A stretch of DNA of 64,000 nt from assembly GCA_035632415.1 (NCBI GenBank), contig DASQGW010000132.1, positions 2,563 through 66,562 on the forward strand, in the 5' to 3' direction. This DNA comes from Burkholderiales bacterium. GTDB lineage: Bacteria; Pseudomonadota; Gammaproteobacteria; Burkholderiales; SG8-39. Under the pieces are notes generated by a model that was not told the DNA's origin, made no database searches, and saw only the letters and a program-made list of their open reading frames with translations. The translations under genes and the position numbers were made by a program. Positions 34,247 to 42,374 of this stretch are shown in pieces. Numbering within the stretch: position 1 is the stretch's first letter; every line of letters starts with the position of its first letter.

Positions 34247-35527
34247 TTATTTTGACTGCGAGGCCATCGATGCGGAAGCCGCGGCGGCAAACGCCTGGGG
34301 ATTGGCCGACATCGCCTGCATCGCCTGGGGGTTCGCCGCCATCGCCTGGAACGCCTGCGGATTCGCGGCGAGCGCCTGGAAGGCCTGCGGGTGAGCGGCC
34401 ATCGCCTGGAAGGCCTGCGGGCTCGCGGCGAGCGCCTGCATCGCTTGCGGATTCGCCGCCATCGCCTGGAAGGCTTGCGGGTGAGCGGCCATCGCCTGGA
34501 ACGCCTGCGGGCTCGCAGCGAGCGCCTGCATCGCCTGCGGATTCGCCGCCATCGCCTGGAAAGCCTGCGGATTCGCCGCCATCGCCTGGAAGGCTTGCGG
34601 GTTGGCCGCCAGGGCCTGCATTGCCTGCGGGTTGGCCGCGAGCGCCTGGAAGGCCTGCGGATTCGCCGCCATCGCCTGGAAGGCCGACGGATTCGCCGCG
34701 GCAGCCTGGAAGGCCTTCGGGCTGTTCGCGAAGGCCGCGAAGGCCTGCGGATTGGCCGCCATCGCCTGGAAGGCCTGCGGGCTCGAAGCCATGGCCTGGA
34801 ACGCTTGCGGGTTCGCCGCCATCGCCTGGAAGGCCTGTGGGTTCGAGGCCATCGCCTGGAAGGCTTGCGGATTCGCCGCCATCGCCTGGAAGGCTTGCGG
34901 GTTCGCTGCCATCGCCTGGAAGGCCTGTGCGTTCGCCGCGAGCGCCTGCATCGCTTGCGGATTTGCGGCAACGGCCTGGAACTGCGGATCCTTTATGGCC
35001 TTGACGACCACATCGCTCTGCAGCGCCTGCGCGACCGACTGGTCGGCGAGCTTCACGTCCTTGGTCTGGATCGGCTCGGCCGACCGATAGCGCTGGGCTG
35101 GCGTGATGGTGCCCGCAAGCTGGTCGCTTGGCGGCACGTCGAACACGAAGTAACTCACGCCTGCTGCAATCACGGCCACGCTGACGGCGGCCCACACCAA
35201 GCGCTTACGGGCAAAGGGTGCTTGCTGGCCCATTTGAATCTCCCCCAGAAAAATTGTTGGCAACGATATCCCACTTACGCGCAACCACGAGAAAAGTTTG
35301 TGTGCACCGCGGTATGGAGGTGTGTACTTTTTCACGATTCCCTCGGCCAGGTCCGCCGGCGGATTGACCGCCGGTACCCGCGCCAGGGTCTCGAAAAGCC
35401 CTCGCAGCGCGTCGAATTCGGCCTGCGCCGCCGGGTTGGCGGCAAGGTATTGCCGGAGCTCGCGCTCCTCGGCGGGACTTGCCGCGCCGTCGAGCACCGC
35501 GTGCATCAATTCGGTATGTCGGTTCAT
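34247..35527 (-). CDS. anti-sigma factor with decapeptide-repeat extracytoplasmic domain
   Basis: ATG overlaps the ECF sigma stop as ATGA. The N-terminus MNRHTELMHAVLDGAASPAEERELRQYLAANPAAQAEFDAL is anti-sigma-domain-like. One transmembrane segment (RLVWAAVSVAVIAAGVSYFVF) is followed by about 24 copies of ANPQAFQAMA. An internal ATG (MGQQAPF, preceded by GGGGGAG) could be an alternative start. Confidence 0.8.
   Translation of the reverse strand: MNRHTELMHAVLDGAASPAEERELRQYLAANPAAQAEFDALRGLFETLARVPAVNPPADLAEGIVKKYTPPYRGAHKLFSWLRVSGISLPTIFLGEIQMGQQAPFARKRLVWAAVSVAVIAAGVSYFVFDVPPSDQLAGTITPAQRYRSAEPIQTKDVKLADQSVAQALQSDVVVKAIKDPQFQAVAANPQAMQALAANAQAFQAMAANPQAFQAMAANPQAFQAMASNPQAFQAMAANPQAFQAMASSPQAFQAMAANPQAFAAFANSPKAFQAAAANPSAFQAMAANPQAFQALAANPQAMQALAANPQAFQAMAANPQAFQAMAANPQAMQALAASPQAFQAMAAHPQAFQAMAANPQAMQALAASPQAFQAMAAHPQAFQALAANPQAFQAMAANPQAMQAMSANPQAFAAAASASMASQSK
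34276..34990 (-). repeat. 30-bp tandem repeat array (~24 units) inside the anti-sigma CDS
   Basis: The plus-strand unit is approximately gccatcgcctggaaggcctgcgggttcgcc, repeated head-to-tail without spacers. A 90-bp higher-order period is visible (gtgagcggcc at 34391 and 34481). Confidence 0.95.
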
Positions 35528-36072
35528 GCCGTCGCCATGTGCTTGAGGAGCGTGCGCAGCCGGCCGCGGGCCTCGAAAAGCCGCGACTTCACCGTCTCGA
35601 CCTTGAGCTCGAGGATGTCGGCGATCTCCTCGTAGCTGCACTCCGAGAAGTGTCGCAAGGTGAGCACTGCCCTGTCGGTGAACTTCATCTGCATCAAAGC
35701 CTTCTGCACCTCTTTCGAAACCTGCGCGGCACCGAGCCGCGACTCGGGGTCGGCGTCTTCCGCCGGCGTCCCGTCCCCGCCGTCCTCGAGCGGTTCCTCG
35801 CGGCCGGCGCGGCGCAGCAAATTCAGCGACTCGTTCAGGGCGATGCGGTACACCCAGCTGAAGAACTTGTACCGCGCGTCGTACCCGCCCAGCCGCTCCG
35901 CGACGCGCAGGAAAACCACCTGCGTGATGTCGCGCGCATCTTCCTCGCGGCCGAGCACCCGGAAGGCCGCGTTGTACAGGGGCCTCTGGTACTTCAGTAC
36001 GAGCTGCCTGAACGCGGCGTTGTCGCCGCGGCGCAGGCGCTCGACCAGCGCATCATCGGGCTCCCTGTCCAC
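35524..36072 (-). CDS. ECF (group 4) RNA polymerase sigma factor
   Basis: 182 aa. Region 2 (...RQLVLKYQRPLYNAAFRVLGREEDARDITQVVFLRV...) and region 4 (...CSYEEIADILELKVETVKSRLFEAR) are recognisable. Confidence 0.9.
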   Translation of the reverse strand: MDREPDDALVERLRRGDNAAFRQLVLKYQRPLYNAAFRVLGREEDARDITQVVFLRVAERLGGYDARYKFFSWVYRIALNESLNLLRRAGREEPLEDGGDGTPAEDADPESRLGAAQVSKEVQKALMQMKFTDRAVLTLRHFSECSYEEIADILELKVETVKSRLFEARGRLRTLLKHMATA

Positions 36073-36107
36073 TCAATTACACGCCGGCGGCGGGAAAGTT
36101 GGCGTTC

Positions 36108-36404
36108 TTATTTGGCCGCCTCGATCTCGAAGATCTGGTCGAAGCCCGAATACTGCAGGATGTCGCGCAAGTGCCGGCTGACGCCGGCGAGGCGAAGCTT
36201 GCCGCCCGCGGCCATGAGCCGCTTCTGCGTCTTGAGCAGCACGCCGAGCCCCGCGCTCGAGATGTACTCGAGCTGGCCGCAGTCGAGCGTGACCGTGCCC
36301 GAGACCTTGTCGAGGAAGGACTGCGCGTTCGCGCACTGCGCGGCGTCGAGCCGCCCGGCGATGACCACCGTGCCGGCGGCAGGACCGTTCTCAATCGTCA
36401 GCAT
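36108..36404 (-). CDS. STAS-domain anti-sigma factor antagonist (RsbV/SpoIIAA-like)
   Basis: 98 aa. The LEYISSAGLGVLL motif contains the conserved phosphorylatable Ser position. Overlaps the upstream gene by 14 nt. Confidence 0.85.
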   Translation of the reverse strand: MLTIENGPAAGTVVIAGRLDAAQCANAQSFLDKVSGTVTLDCGQLEYISSAGLGVLLKTQKRLMAAGGKLRLAGVSRHLRDILQYSGFDQIFEIEAAK

Positions 36405-38061
36405 CGATTTTTTCCGTCTTCCTGAAGGTTATGCGACTCGTGCGCTCGTCGGCGGAATAGCGGTACTGGATGGAATCCACCATCTTGCGGATGAGGTGGA
36501 TGCCGAGCCCGCCCGGCTTCCTCTGCTCGAGCGGCAGGTTGATGTCCGCCTCCGGCGCCTGCGTCACGTCGAAGGGCTCGGCATCCGCGTCGATGAGGGT
36601 CACCTCGACGCCGCCCGCGACACTCACGATGTCGATGCGAACCGGCGAGTCGCTCTTTTTCCCGTACTTCACTACGTTCGTGAAGAGCTCCTCGAGGACG
36701 AAGTCGGCGGTGCGCGCGAGCTCCGCGTTCATGTTCTCCCGGGTGAACGCGAAGATCGCTTCCAGCTCGTCGAACGAGCGCTTGAAGCTGCGCATCACGA
36801 CCGGGCCGGCGCGCTTCACCAGCACCACCGTCATGTCGTCGTCCTGCGCTTCGCCGGCAAACGCCGAGATCGCGGCGAAGAGCTCGGCCACGATATCGGC
36901 CGGAGCCTGCCGCTGGTTGCGCGCGATGACGGCCTTCACGCGCTCCTCGCCATACTCCTCGCCCTCGCTGTTCCTCTGCTCGAAGATGCCGTCGGAGACG
37001 AGCGCGAGCATGTCGCCTTCCGCGAGCGTCACCGAGAGCGAAGGCCGCAGGCGCGCGATCGGCATGGCGGCGAGCGGGAAGCTGGTCGGCTTGAAGTCGC
37101 CGAAGCTCCTTTCGGCCGCGCGGTAGACGAGGATCGGTCCTTGTCCGCCGCTGTGGAAGCGCAGCGCGTGCGTCTTCGGATCGAGCAGACCGATGAAGGC
37201 GGTGATGAAGCGGTCCGAGGGCAGCCGCTCGGCGAGCTGGTTGTTCACCTGCCGATAGGCCGTGTCGAGGTCGGCGCCCATGCGGAACGCCATGCGCAGC
37301 ATCGCCTGCATCTGCGTCACCGAGAGCGCCGGGCCGATGCCATGGCCCGTGGCGTCGCCGAGGACGATGAGCAGGCCTTGCTCGATGAGCGCCAGGTCGT
37401 AGGTGTCGCCGCCCGTGAGGTCCGCGGGCTTGAAGGTGCCGTAGACCTCGTAGCCCGGCAGGTACGGCATGGTGGAGGGCAGCGTGCTCATCTGCACGAT
37501 GCGCGCGGTCTCGAGCTGCTGGCGCAGCTTCTCGCCTTCGATCAGCTCCTGCATCATCAGCGTTCGCTGCAGGGCCACCGCGCACTGCGCCGCGAGCACG
37601 CGGCCCAGGTTTTCATCGGCCAGGTCAAACACGCCGTCGGCCTTGTTCAGCAACTGCATGACGCCGACCAGCACGCCCTTGTGGTCGATGAGCGGCAGCG
37701 TGAGGAGGCAGCGCGTGCGGTAGCCGGTCTTCTTGTCCGTGCTCGCATCGAAGCGCGCATCGGCGTAGCAGTCGGGCACGTTGATGATCTGCCGCGTGCG
37801 CGCGCAACTGCCGACGATGCCGGTGCCCGCCGCAATGCGCACCTCCTTGATCTCGTTCGCCACGCGCAGCACGAGCTCTTCGCTGTTCCGGTCGTAGAGC
37901 CAGACCGAGCCGCGGTCGGCATTCAGCACCCGCATGCCGGCATCGACCACTTCCGAGAGCATGGTCTCGAGGTCGAAAGGTGCCGCAAGCTTGCTCGCGA
38001 GCGCGAGGATCGGCTGCAGGTCCCGGGCCGAAAGGTGCTGCTCGCGCGAAGGAGCGTTCAT
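36391..38061 (-). CDS. GAF sensor - PP2C (SpoIIE/RsbU-type) phosphatase - RsbW-like HATPase fusion protein
   Basis: Starts MNAPSREQHL. Three domains are recognisable:
- GAF-like (...DRGSVWLYD...TGIVGSCA...).
- PP2C motifs (GGDTYDL, LGDATGHG, SDGIFE, DDDMTVV).
- C-terminal RsbW-like kinase region (...LEELFTNVVKYG...GGLGIHLIRKMVDS). Confidence 0.85.
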   Translation of the reverse strand: MNAPSREQHLSARDLQPILALASKLAAPFDLETMLSEVVDAGMRVLNADRGSVWLYDRNSEELVLRVANEIKEVRIAAGTGIVGSCARTRQIINVPDCYADARFDASTDKKTGYRTRCLLTLPLIDHKGVLVGVMQLLNKADGVFDLADENLGRVLAAQCAVALQRTLMMQELIEGEKLRQQLETARIVQMSTLPSTMPYLPGYEVYGTFKPADLTGGDTYDLALIEQGLLIVLGDATGHGIGPALSVTQMQAMLRMAFRMGADLDTAYRQVNNQLAERLPSDRFITAFIGLLDPKTHALRFHSGGQGPILVYRAAERSFGDFKPTSFPLAAMPIARLRPSLSVTLAEGDMLALVSDGIFEQRNSEGEEYGEERVKAVIARNQRQAPADIVAELFAAISAFAGEAQDDDMTVVLVKRAGPVVMRSFKRSFDELEAIFAFTRENMNAELARTADFVLEELFTNVVKYGKKSDSPVRIDIVSVAGGVEVTLIDADAEPFDVTQAPEADINLPLEQRKPGGLGIHLIRKMVDSIQYRYSADERTSRITFRKTEKIDADD

Positions 38062-38123
38062 TGGCCGCCGAATGTAGCCATCCGGCAGCCATTTGTCAGG
38101 CCTTGGGTGTACGCTAGGCCCCG

Positions 38124-38561
38124 ATGCTTCGCATCCTCCTTCTCCTCCTTGCGGCGGTACCGCTGGCACAGGCGGAGACCTACAAATGGGTGGACGAGCG
38201 GGGTGTCGTGAACTACTCCAATGCGCCGCCGCCGGATTCGGCGAAAGGCGCGATTCCGGCGCAGACCGTGCCCGACCGGATCTCCAGCTATCAGACCGAT
38301 CCGGCCACCAATCCGTCGATCGAGGTCTATCGCCGGCTCGACGCGAACCAGCAGGACTGGCTCCAGCGCCAATACTTGATGGCGATGCAAGCCGCTGCGG
38401 CGCCGCAACCTGCGACGAATTCTTACGATTACGGGCCCTATTACTACCCCGCCTACGGCGTCGTACCCGCGCGGCGCGGCTTCCACCGCGGCGGCGCGGC
38501 GTTCACACCGATCAGGTCCGGTCCGCATCCGAATCCGCGCGCATCTCTGCGCCGCTTCTAA
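38124..38561 (+). CDS. DUF4124 domain secreted protein
   Basis: Signal peptide MLRILLLLLAAVPLAQA followed by the hallmark ETYKWVDERGVVNYSNAPP. Confidence 0.8.
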   Translation: MLRILLLLLAAVPLAQAETYKWVDERGVVNYSNAPPPDSAKGAIPAQTVPDRISSYQTDPATNPSIEVYRRLDANQQDWLQRQYLMAMQAAAAPQPATNSYDYGPYYYPAYGVVPARRGFHRGGAAFTPIRSGPHPNPRASLRRF

Positions 38562-38576
38562 TCAGCGAGGTCCACG

Positions 38577-38984
38577 ATGGCACATACCGGCGGCTGCCTT
38601 TGCGGCGCCATCCGCTACACCATTACCGCGCCGATCACCGAGCTGCGCGCGTGCCACTGCGTGCACTGCCAGCGCGCCTCGGGCTCGCACGGCACCGTGG
38701 CGGCGTTCGTTCCCCGCTCGGGCTTCCATCTCGACAAGGGCGAGCCCAAGCGCTTCACGACGAAGGCCGACAGCGGGCGGACGCTCATGCGCTATTTCTG
38801 CGCCGACTGCGGCTCGCCGATCTACAGCCACCGCGAGACGACGCCCGACGTGCTCGGCGTGCGCGCCGGGACGCTGGACGATTCCTCGGGTTTGACAATC
38901 ACCACGCACATCTGGACCAGCATGGCGCGCCCCTGGTCGCCTATCGATCCCGCCGCCAAGCGCATCGAAGGGCAGCCCGCATGA
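38577..38984 (+). CDS. GFA (glutathione-dependent formaldehyde-activating/CENP-V) family protein
   Basis: Shows the GGCLCGAIRY...CHCVHCQR...FCADCGSP cysteine pattern. Confidence 0.85.
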   Translation: MAHTGGCLCGAIRYTITAPITELRACHCVHCQRASGSHGTVAAFVPRSGFHLDKGEPKRFTTKADSGRTLMRYFCADCGSPIYSHRETTPDVLGVRAGTLDDSSGLTITTHIWTSMARPWSPIDPAAKRIEGQPA

Positions 38985-39568
38985 GCACCGAGCAGATGGT
39001 GGATCCGCACGATGTCGTGATGACCGGGGAGAACTCGTTCATCCGGCTTTCCAACGACGGCGGCAAGACCATGACCGATCGCGTGAGCCACTGGCGCGTG
39101 CTGTGGTCGCCTTCGGGGCAAGGGCACGCCCTCTTCATCGAGTCGCCGCTCGTGGAAGGCGGCCGGGCAGTCTATGCCGACAACTTCGGCGTCGTGCGAT
39201 ACCTCCAGCGCCACATCGAGAAGTTGCTGCATCCGCCGTTCGCCGACGAGTCGGCCCCGATCATCGATGCTGCGTTCGAGCGCACCGGGAATTCGCTCTC
39301 GACGGTGGAGGAGCGCATCACGACCGATGATGAAGCGATCGTCCTTTCGTGGTGGGACCTGATGAAGCCCTTCATCCTCACCATGCCGCCCGGCGCGATG
39401 AACCGCCCGCTCGGCGTCTTCAGCACCTTCATCCCGGCGCGCAGCGCGCAGCTCTCGGTGAACGGCGAGGCCTCGCGCGGCCAGGTCTTCGCGCAGGAGC
39501 GCTTCGGCAAACCCTCGTCGAGCTGCTGCCTCGCGTGGTCCGAGAGCTGGACGCGACCCGTTCGTTAA
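38981..39568 (+). CDS. hypothetical protein (195 aa)
   Basis: ATG overlaps the upstream stop as ATGA. It is the 3' third of the composite 491-aa track ORF. No family was recognised. Confidence 0.6.
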   Translation: MSTEQMVDPHDVVMTGENSFIRLSNDGGKTMTDRVSHWRVLWSPSGQGHALFIESPLVEGGRAVYADNFGVVRYLQRHIEKLLHPPFADESAPIIDAAFERTGNSLSTVEERITTDDEAIVLSWWDLMKPFILTMPPGAMNRPLGVFSTFIPARSAQLSVNGEASRGQVFAQERFGKPSSSCCLAWSESWTRPVR

Positions 39569-39761
39569 ATGAGGGCTAGGCACGCGGCGTGCTGAGCGTG
39601 TTGCGGACACCAACGTCCGCAACTGGAGACGCTCATGAATCGAGATCAGGCCAAGGGCCACAGGCGAAGGGCAAGAACATGGCTCGCCGGGGCTCGCACT
39701 AGAGCCTTGGCCCGCGGGCGCGTCCGTGCAAGGATGCGCACTACTTCACCGAGGAGGCACC

Positions 39762-40052
39762 ATGGGCAAGGGCTACGTCGTCGTCACCTACCGCAAGATC
39801 ACCAACCAGGAGAAATGGCAGGCGTACGCCAAGCTCGCTGCGCCCGCGATCCAGAAGGCCGGCGGCCGCTTCATCGTGCGCGGCATGCCGTCCGCGATCC
39901 ACGAGAAGGGCATGAAGGAGCGCGTGGTGATCGTCGAGTTCGACAACGTGCACAAGGCGATGGCCGCGCACGACAGCCCCGACTACAAGAAAGCCCTCGA
40001 AGTGCTGGGCGACGGCGCCGAGCGCGACTTCAGGATCGTCGAGGGCGTCTAA
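39762..40052 (+). CDS. DUF1330 domain protein
   Basis: Starts MGKGYVVVTYRKITNQEKWQAYAKLAAPAIQKAGGRFIVRG with a GGAGG SD. Typical DUF1330 sequence. Confidence 0.8.
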   Translation: MGKGYVVVTYRKITNQEKWQAYAKLAAPAIQKAGGRFIVRGMPSAIHEKGMKERVVIVEFDNVHKAMAAHDSPDYKKALEVLGDGAERDFRIVEGV

Positions 40053-40076
40053 TTCCGGACAACGTCCGGGATTATT
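40050..40076 (+). repeat. 27-bp palindromic repeat, copy a (solo)
   Basis: Sequence taattccggacaacgtccgggattatt. It is a near-perfect palindrome, TAATTCCGGAC-aac-GTCCGGGATTA. The TAA stops of both convergent flanking genes lie within its two ends. Confidence 0.85.
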
Positions 40077-41046
40077 TCTTCAGCGCGTCGGGATTCACCA
40101 TGTTGATCGGCCTGCCGGCGGCGAAGGCGTTGATCTGGTCGAAGATGTCGGAGAACTGCACCTCGAACTCGTCGCGCGTGACGTAGCCGAGGTGCGGGGT
40201 GCAGACCACGTGGTCCATCGCGAGCAGCGGATGCTTGCCGCCGAGCACCGGCTCTTCCTCGTAGACGTCGACCGCCGCCTTGCCCGGCCGTCCCGCCTTT
40301 AGCGCGGCGACGAGCGCGCCCGGCTCGACGAGCGGCGCGCGGCTGGTGTTGACGAAGATCGCCGTCGGCTTCATGCGCGCCAGATCGGCCGCAGTCACTA
40401 TCCCCCGGGTTGCGTCCACGAGGCGCATATGCAGTGTGAGCACGTCCGCGCGGGCGAAAAAATCTTCCTTGCTCGCGGCGACTTCGTAGCCCTCCTCCTT
40501 CGCCTTCTGCCGCGACTGCTCGCGCGCCCAGACCAGGATCTTCATGCCCATCGCCGCGCCGATCTTCGCCACCTCGGCGGCGATGCGCCCGTAGCCGAAG
40601 ATGCCGAGGTATTTGCCGCGGAGCGTGGATCCCACGCCGACCTGCCATTTGCCGGCTTTCAGCGCGGCGACGTTCTGCGGGACCTCGCGCGCAGCCGAGA
40701 GGATGAGCGCCCAGGTCATCTCGGAGGTGGAATAGGACGGCGTGCCCGCGTGCATGTTCGAGCACACGAGGATCCCGAGGCGCGTGCAGGCCTCGATGTC
40801 GATATGCGGGTAGACGCTGCGCTGGCTGATGAGCTCGAGCTTCGGCAGCCGCTCGAGGAGCGGCGCGCGGATCTTGGTGCGCTCGCGGATGAGCACGAGC
40901 GCCTCCGTGCCCTTCAGGCGCTCGGCGAGCGCGTCGGTGTCCTGCAGGTGGTCATTCCAGATCCTTACTTCGTGCCCGGCGAGCTTGGCGAAGACGCCCA
41001 GCGTGCGGATCGTGTCGTGGTAGTCGTCGAGGATGGCGACCTTCAT
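40072..41046 (-). CDS. D-isomer-specific 2-hydroxyacid dehydrogenase family protein
   Basis: 324 aa. NAD-binding motif [13 protein letters not shown] and catalytic-region contexts ...NTSRAPLV... and ...CTPHLGYVT. Confidence 0.9.
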   Translation of the reverse strand: MKVAILDDYHDTIRTLGVFAKLAGHEVRIWNDHLQDTDALAERLKGTEALVLIRERTKIRAPLLERLPKLELISQRSVYPHIDIEACTRLGILVCSNMHAGTPSYSTSEMTWALILSAAREVPQNVAALKAGKWQVGVGSTLRGKYLGIFGYGRIAAEVAKIGAAMGMKILVWAREQSRQKAKEEGYEVAASKEDFFARADVLTLHMRLVDATRGIVTAADLARMKPTAIFVNTSRAPLVEPGALVAALKAGRPGKAAVDVYEEEPVLGGKHPLLAMDHVVCTPHLGYVTRDEFEVQFSDIFDQINAFAAGRPINMVNPDALKK

Positions 41047-41078
41047 CGCCGCCGCATCTTACTAGAGGTTACTAGAGG

Positions 41079-42311
41079 CTACGCGAACGCCGGCTCGAGC
41101 CTGCGCTTCTGCGTCGGCGGGCGCTCGTCCATCAGCCATTGCAGCGTGAACGCCGCGGCGCCGATCACGAGCAGCGCACCCCACGCGAAGTTGTAGTTGC
41201 CGAAGCGGTCGAACACGATGCCGCCCATCCACGCGCCGAAGAACGAGCCGACCTGGTGCGAGAGGAAGGCGAGGCCGAAGAGCATGTTGAAGTGCGCAAA
41301 CCCGAACACCCGGCCGATGATGCCGGTGACGAGCGGCGTCACGCCGAGCCACAGGAAGCCCATCGCGGCGGCGAAGACGAGCGTCGTCGCCGCGCTCACC
41401 GGCACGAGCAGGAACGTCGCGATGAAGATCGTGCGGAAGAGGTAGATGAGCGCGAGCAGGTGCTTCTGGCTGTAGCGCGCGCCAAGCAGGCCGAAAACGT
41501 AGGTGCCGACCGTGTTGAAGAGGCCGATCAGCGCAAGCGAGCTCGCCGCCACGCCCGGCGCGACGCCGCAGATCTGCAGATACGCCGGCAGGTGCGTGGT
41601 GAGGAAGACGAGCTGGAAGCCGCAGGCGAAGAAGGCGAGCGTCATGAAAACGAAGCCGCGGTGCCCCATCGCTTCGCGCAGTGCGTCGCCCAGCTTCTGG
41701 TTCGACTTTGCGGCGGGCCCGCCGGCCGATGGCAGCTCCCGGATGGGGAGGGAGAGGAGCGCCACCGAGCCGGCGATCACCGCAAAGCTCATCATCGCCG
41801 CGCGCCAGCCGAAGCCGTCGATCATGAACTGGCCGAACGGCGCGAGGAAGAAGGTGCCGAGCGATCCCGCCGCCGCGACGAGGCCCACGGTCTGGCTGCG
41901 TTTCTCCGGCGGCGTGGCGCGCGAGATCGTGCCGAGCAGCACGCCGAAGCCGGTGCCCGCGGTGCCGATGCCGGCGAGGAAGCCCGCGACGTGCAGCGCG
42001 CCGGGAAACGACGCGGCGAACATCATGAGCGCCAATCCCGAGGCGTAGATGAGCGCGGTGCCGATGAGCACCGGCCGCGCGCCATGGCGATCGGCGATCG
42101 CGCCGACGAGCGGTTGCGACACGCCCCACACGATGTTCTGCAGCGCGATCGCGAAGCCGAACGTGGCCGCGGAGATGCCGAGGTCCACCGTCATCGGCCG
42201 CATGAATAGCCCGAGGCTCTGGCGCAGCCCCATGCAAAGGGAGATGATGGCCCCGGAGAGGAGCAGCAATACGAGCATCGAGCGTCGGCGGGCGGTCATC
42301 GGCAGGTACAC
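41079..42311 (-). CDS. MFS transporter
   Basis: About 12 transmembrane segments with MFS motif A-like sequence GAIADRHGARPVL. The start could be the ATG at 42299 (MTARRRS). Confidence 0.85.
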   Translation of the reverse strand: MYLPMTARRRSMLVLLLLSGAIISLCMGLRQSLGLFMRPMTVDLGISAATFGFAIALQNIVWGVSQPLVGAIADRHGARPVLIGTALIYASGLALMMFAASFPGALHVAGFLAGIGTAGTGFGVLLGTISRATPPEKRSQTVGLVAAAGSLGTFFLAPFGQFMIDGFGWRAAMMSFAVIAGSVALLSLPIRELPSAGGPAAKSNQKLGDALREAMGHRGFVFMTLAFFACGFQLVFLTTHLPAYLQICGVAPGVAASSLALIGLFNTVGTYVFGLLGARYSQKHLLALIYLFRTIFIATFLLVPVSAATTLVFAAAMGFLWLGVTPLVTGIIGRVFGFAHFNMLFGLAFLSHQVGSFFGAWMGGIVFDRFGNYNFAWGALLVIGAAAFTLQWLMDERPPTQKRRLEPAFA

Positions 42312-42374
42312 CGGTCTGTGTACCTATATTCGCCGACGTCCTAGAATGCGTCAAGCAAAATAGTAAACCGACCT

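Noticed and set aside
34276-34990. CRISPR array (regular ~30-bp periodicity)
   Set aside because: The units are directly contiguous, with no unique spacers between them. They are in-frame within a CDS, and there are no cas genes in the window.
34227-35635. Several long ORFs in other frames and on the other strand across the 30-bp array (PGRPAGS..., RLEGLRIRRH..., ACGFAAIAWK... periodic peptides)
   Set aside because: Any frame of a 30-bp tandem array stays open, so these ORFs carry no evidence of coding. Only the ANPQAFQAMA frame is continuous with a bona fide anti-sigma N-terminal domain and transmembrane segment, and only it is start/stop-coupled to the ECF sigma gene.
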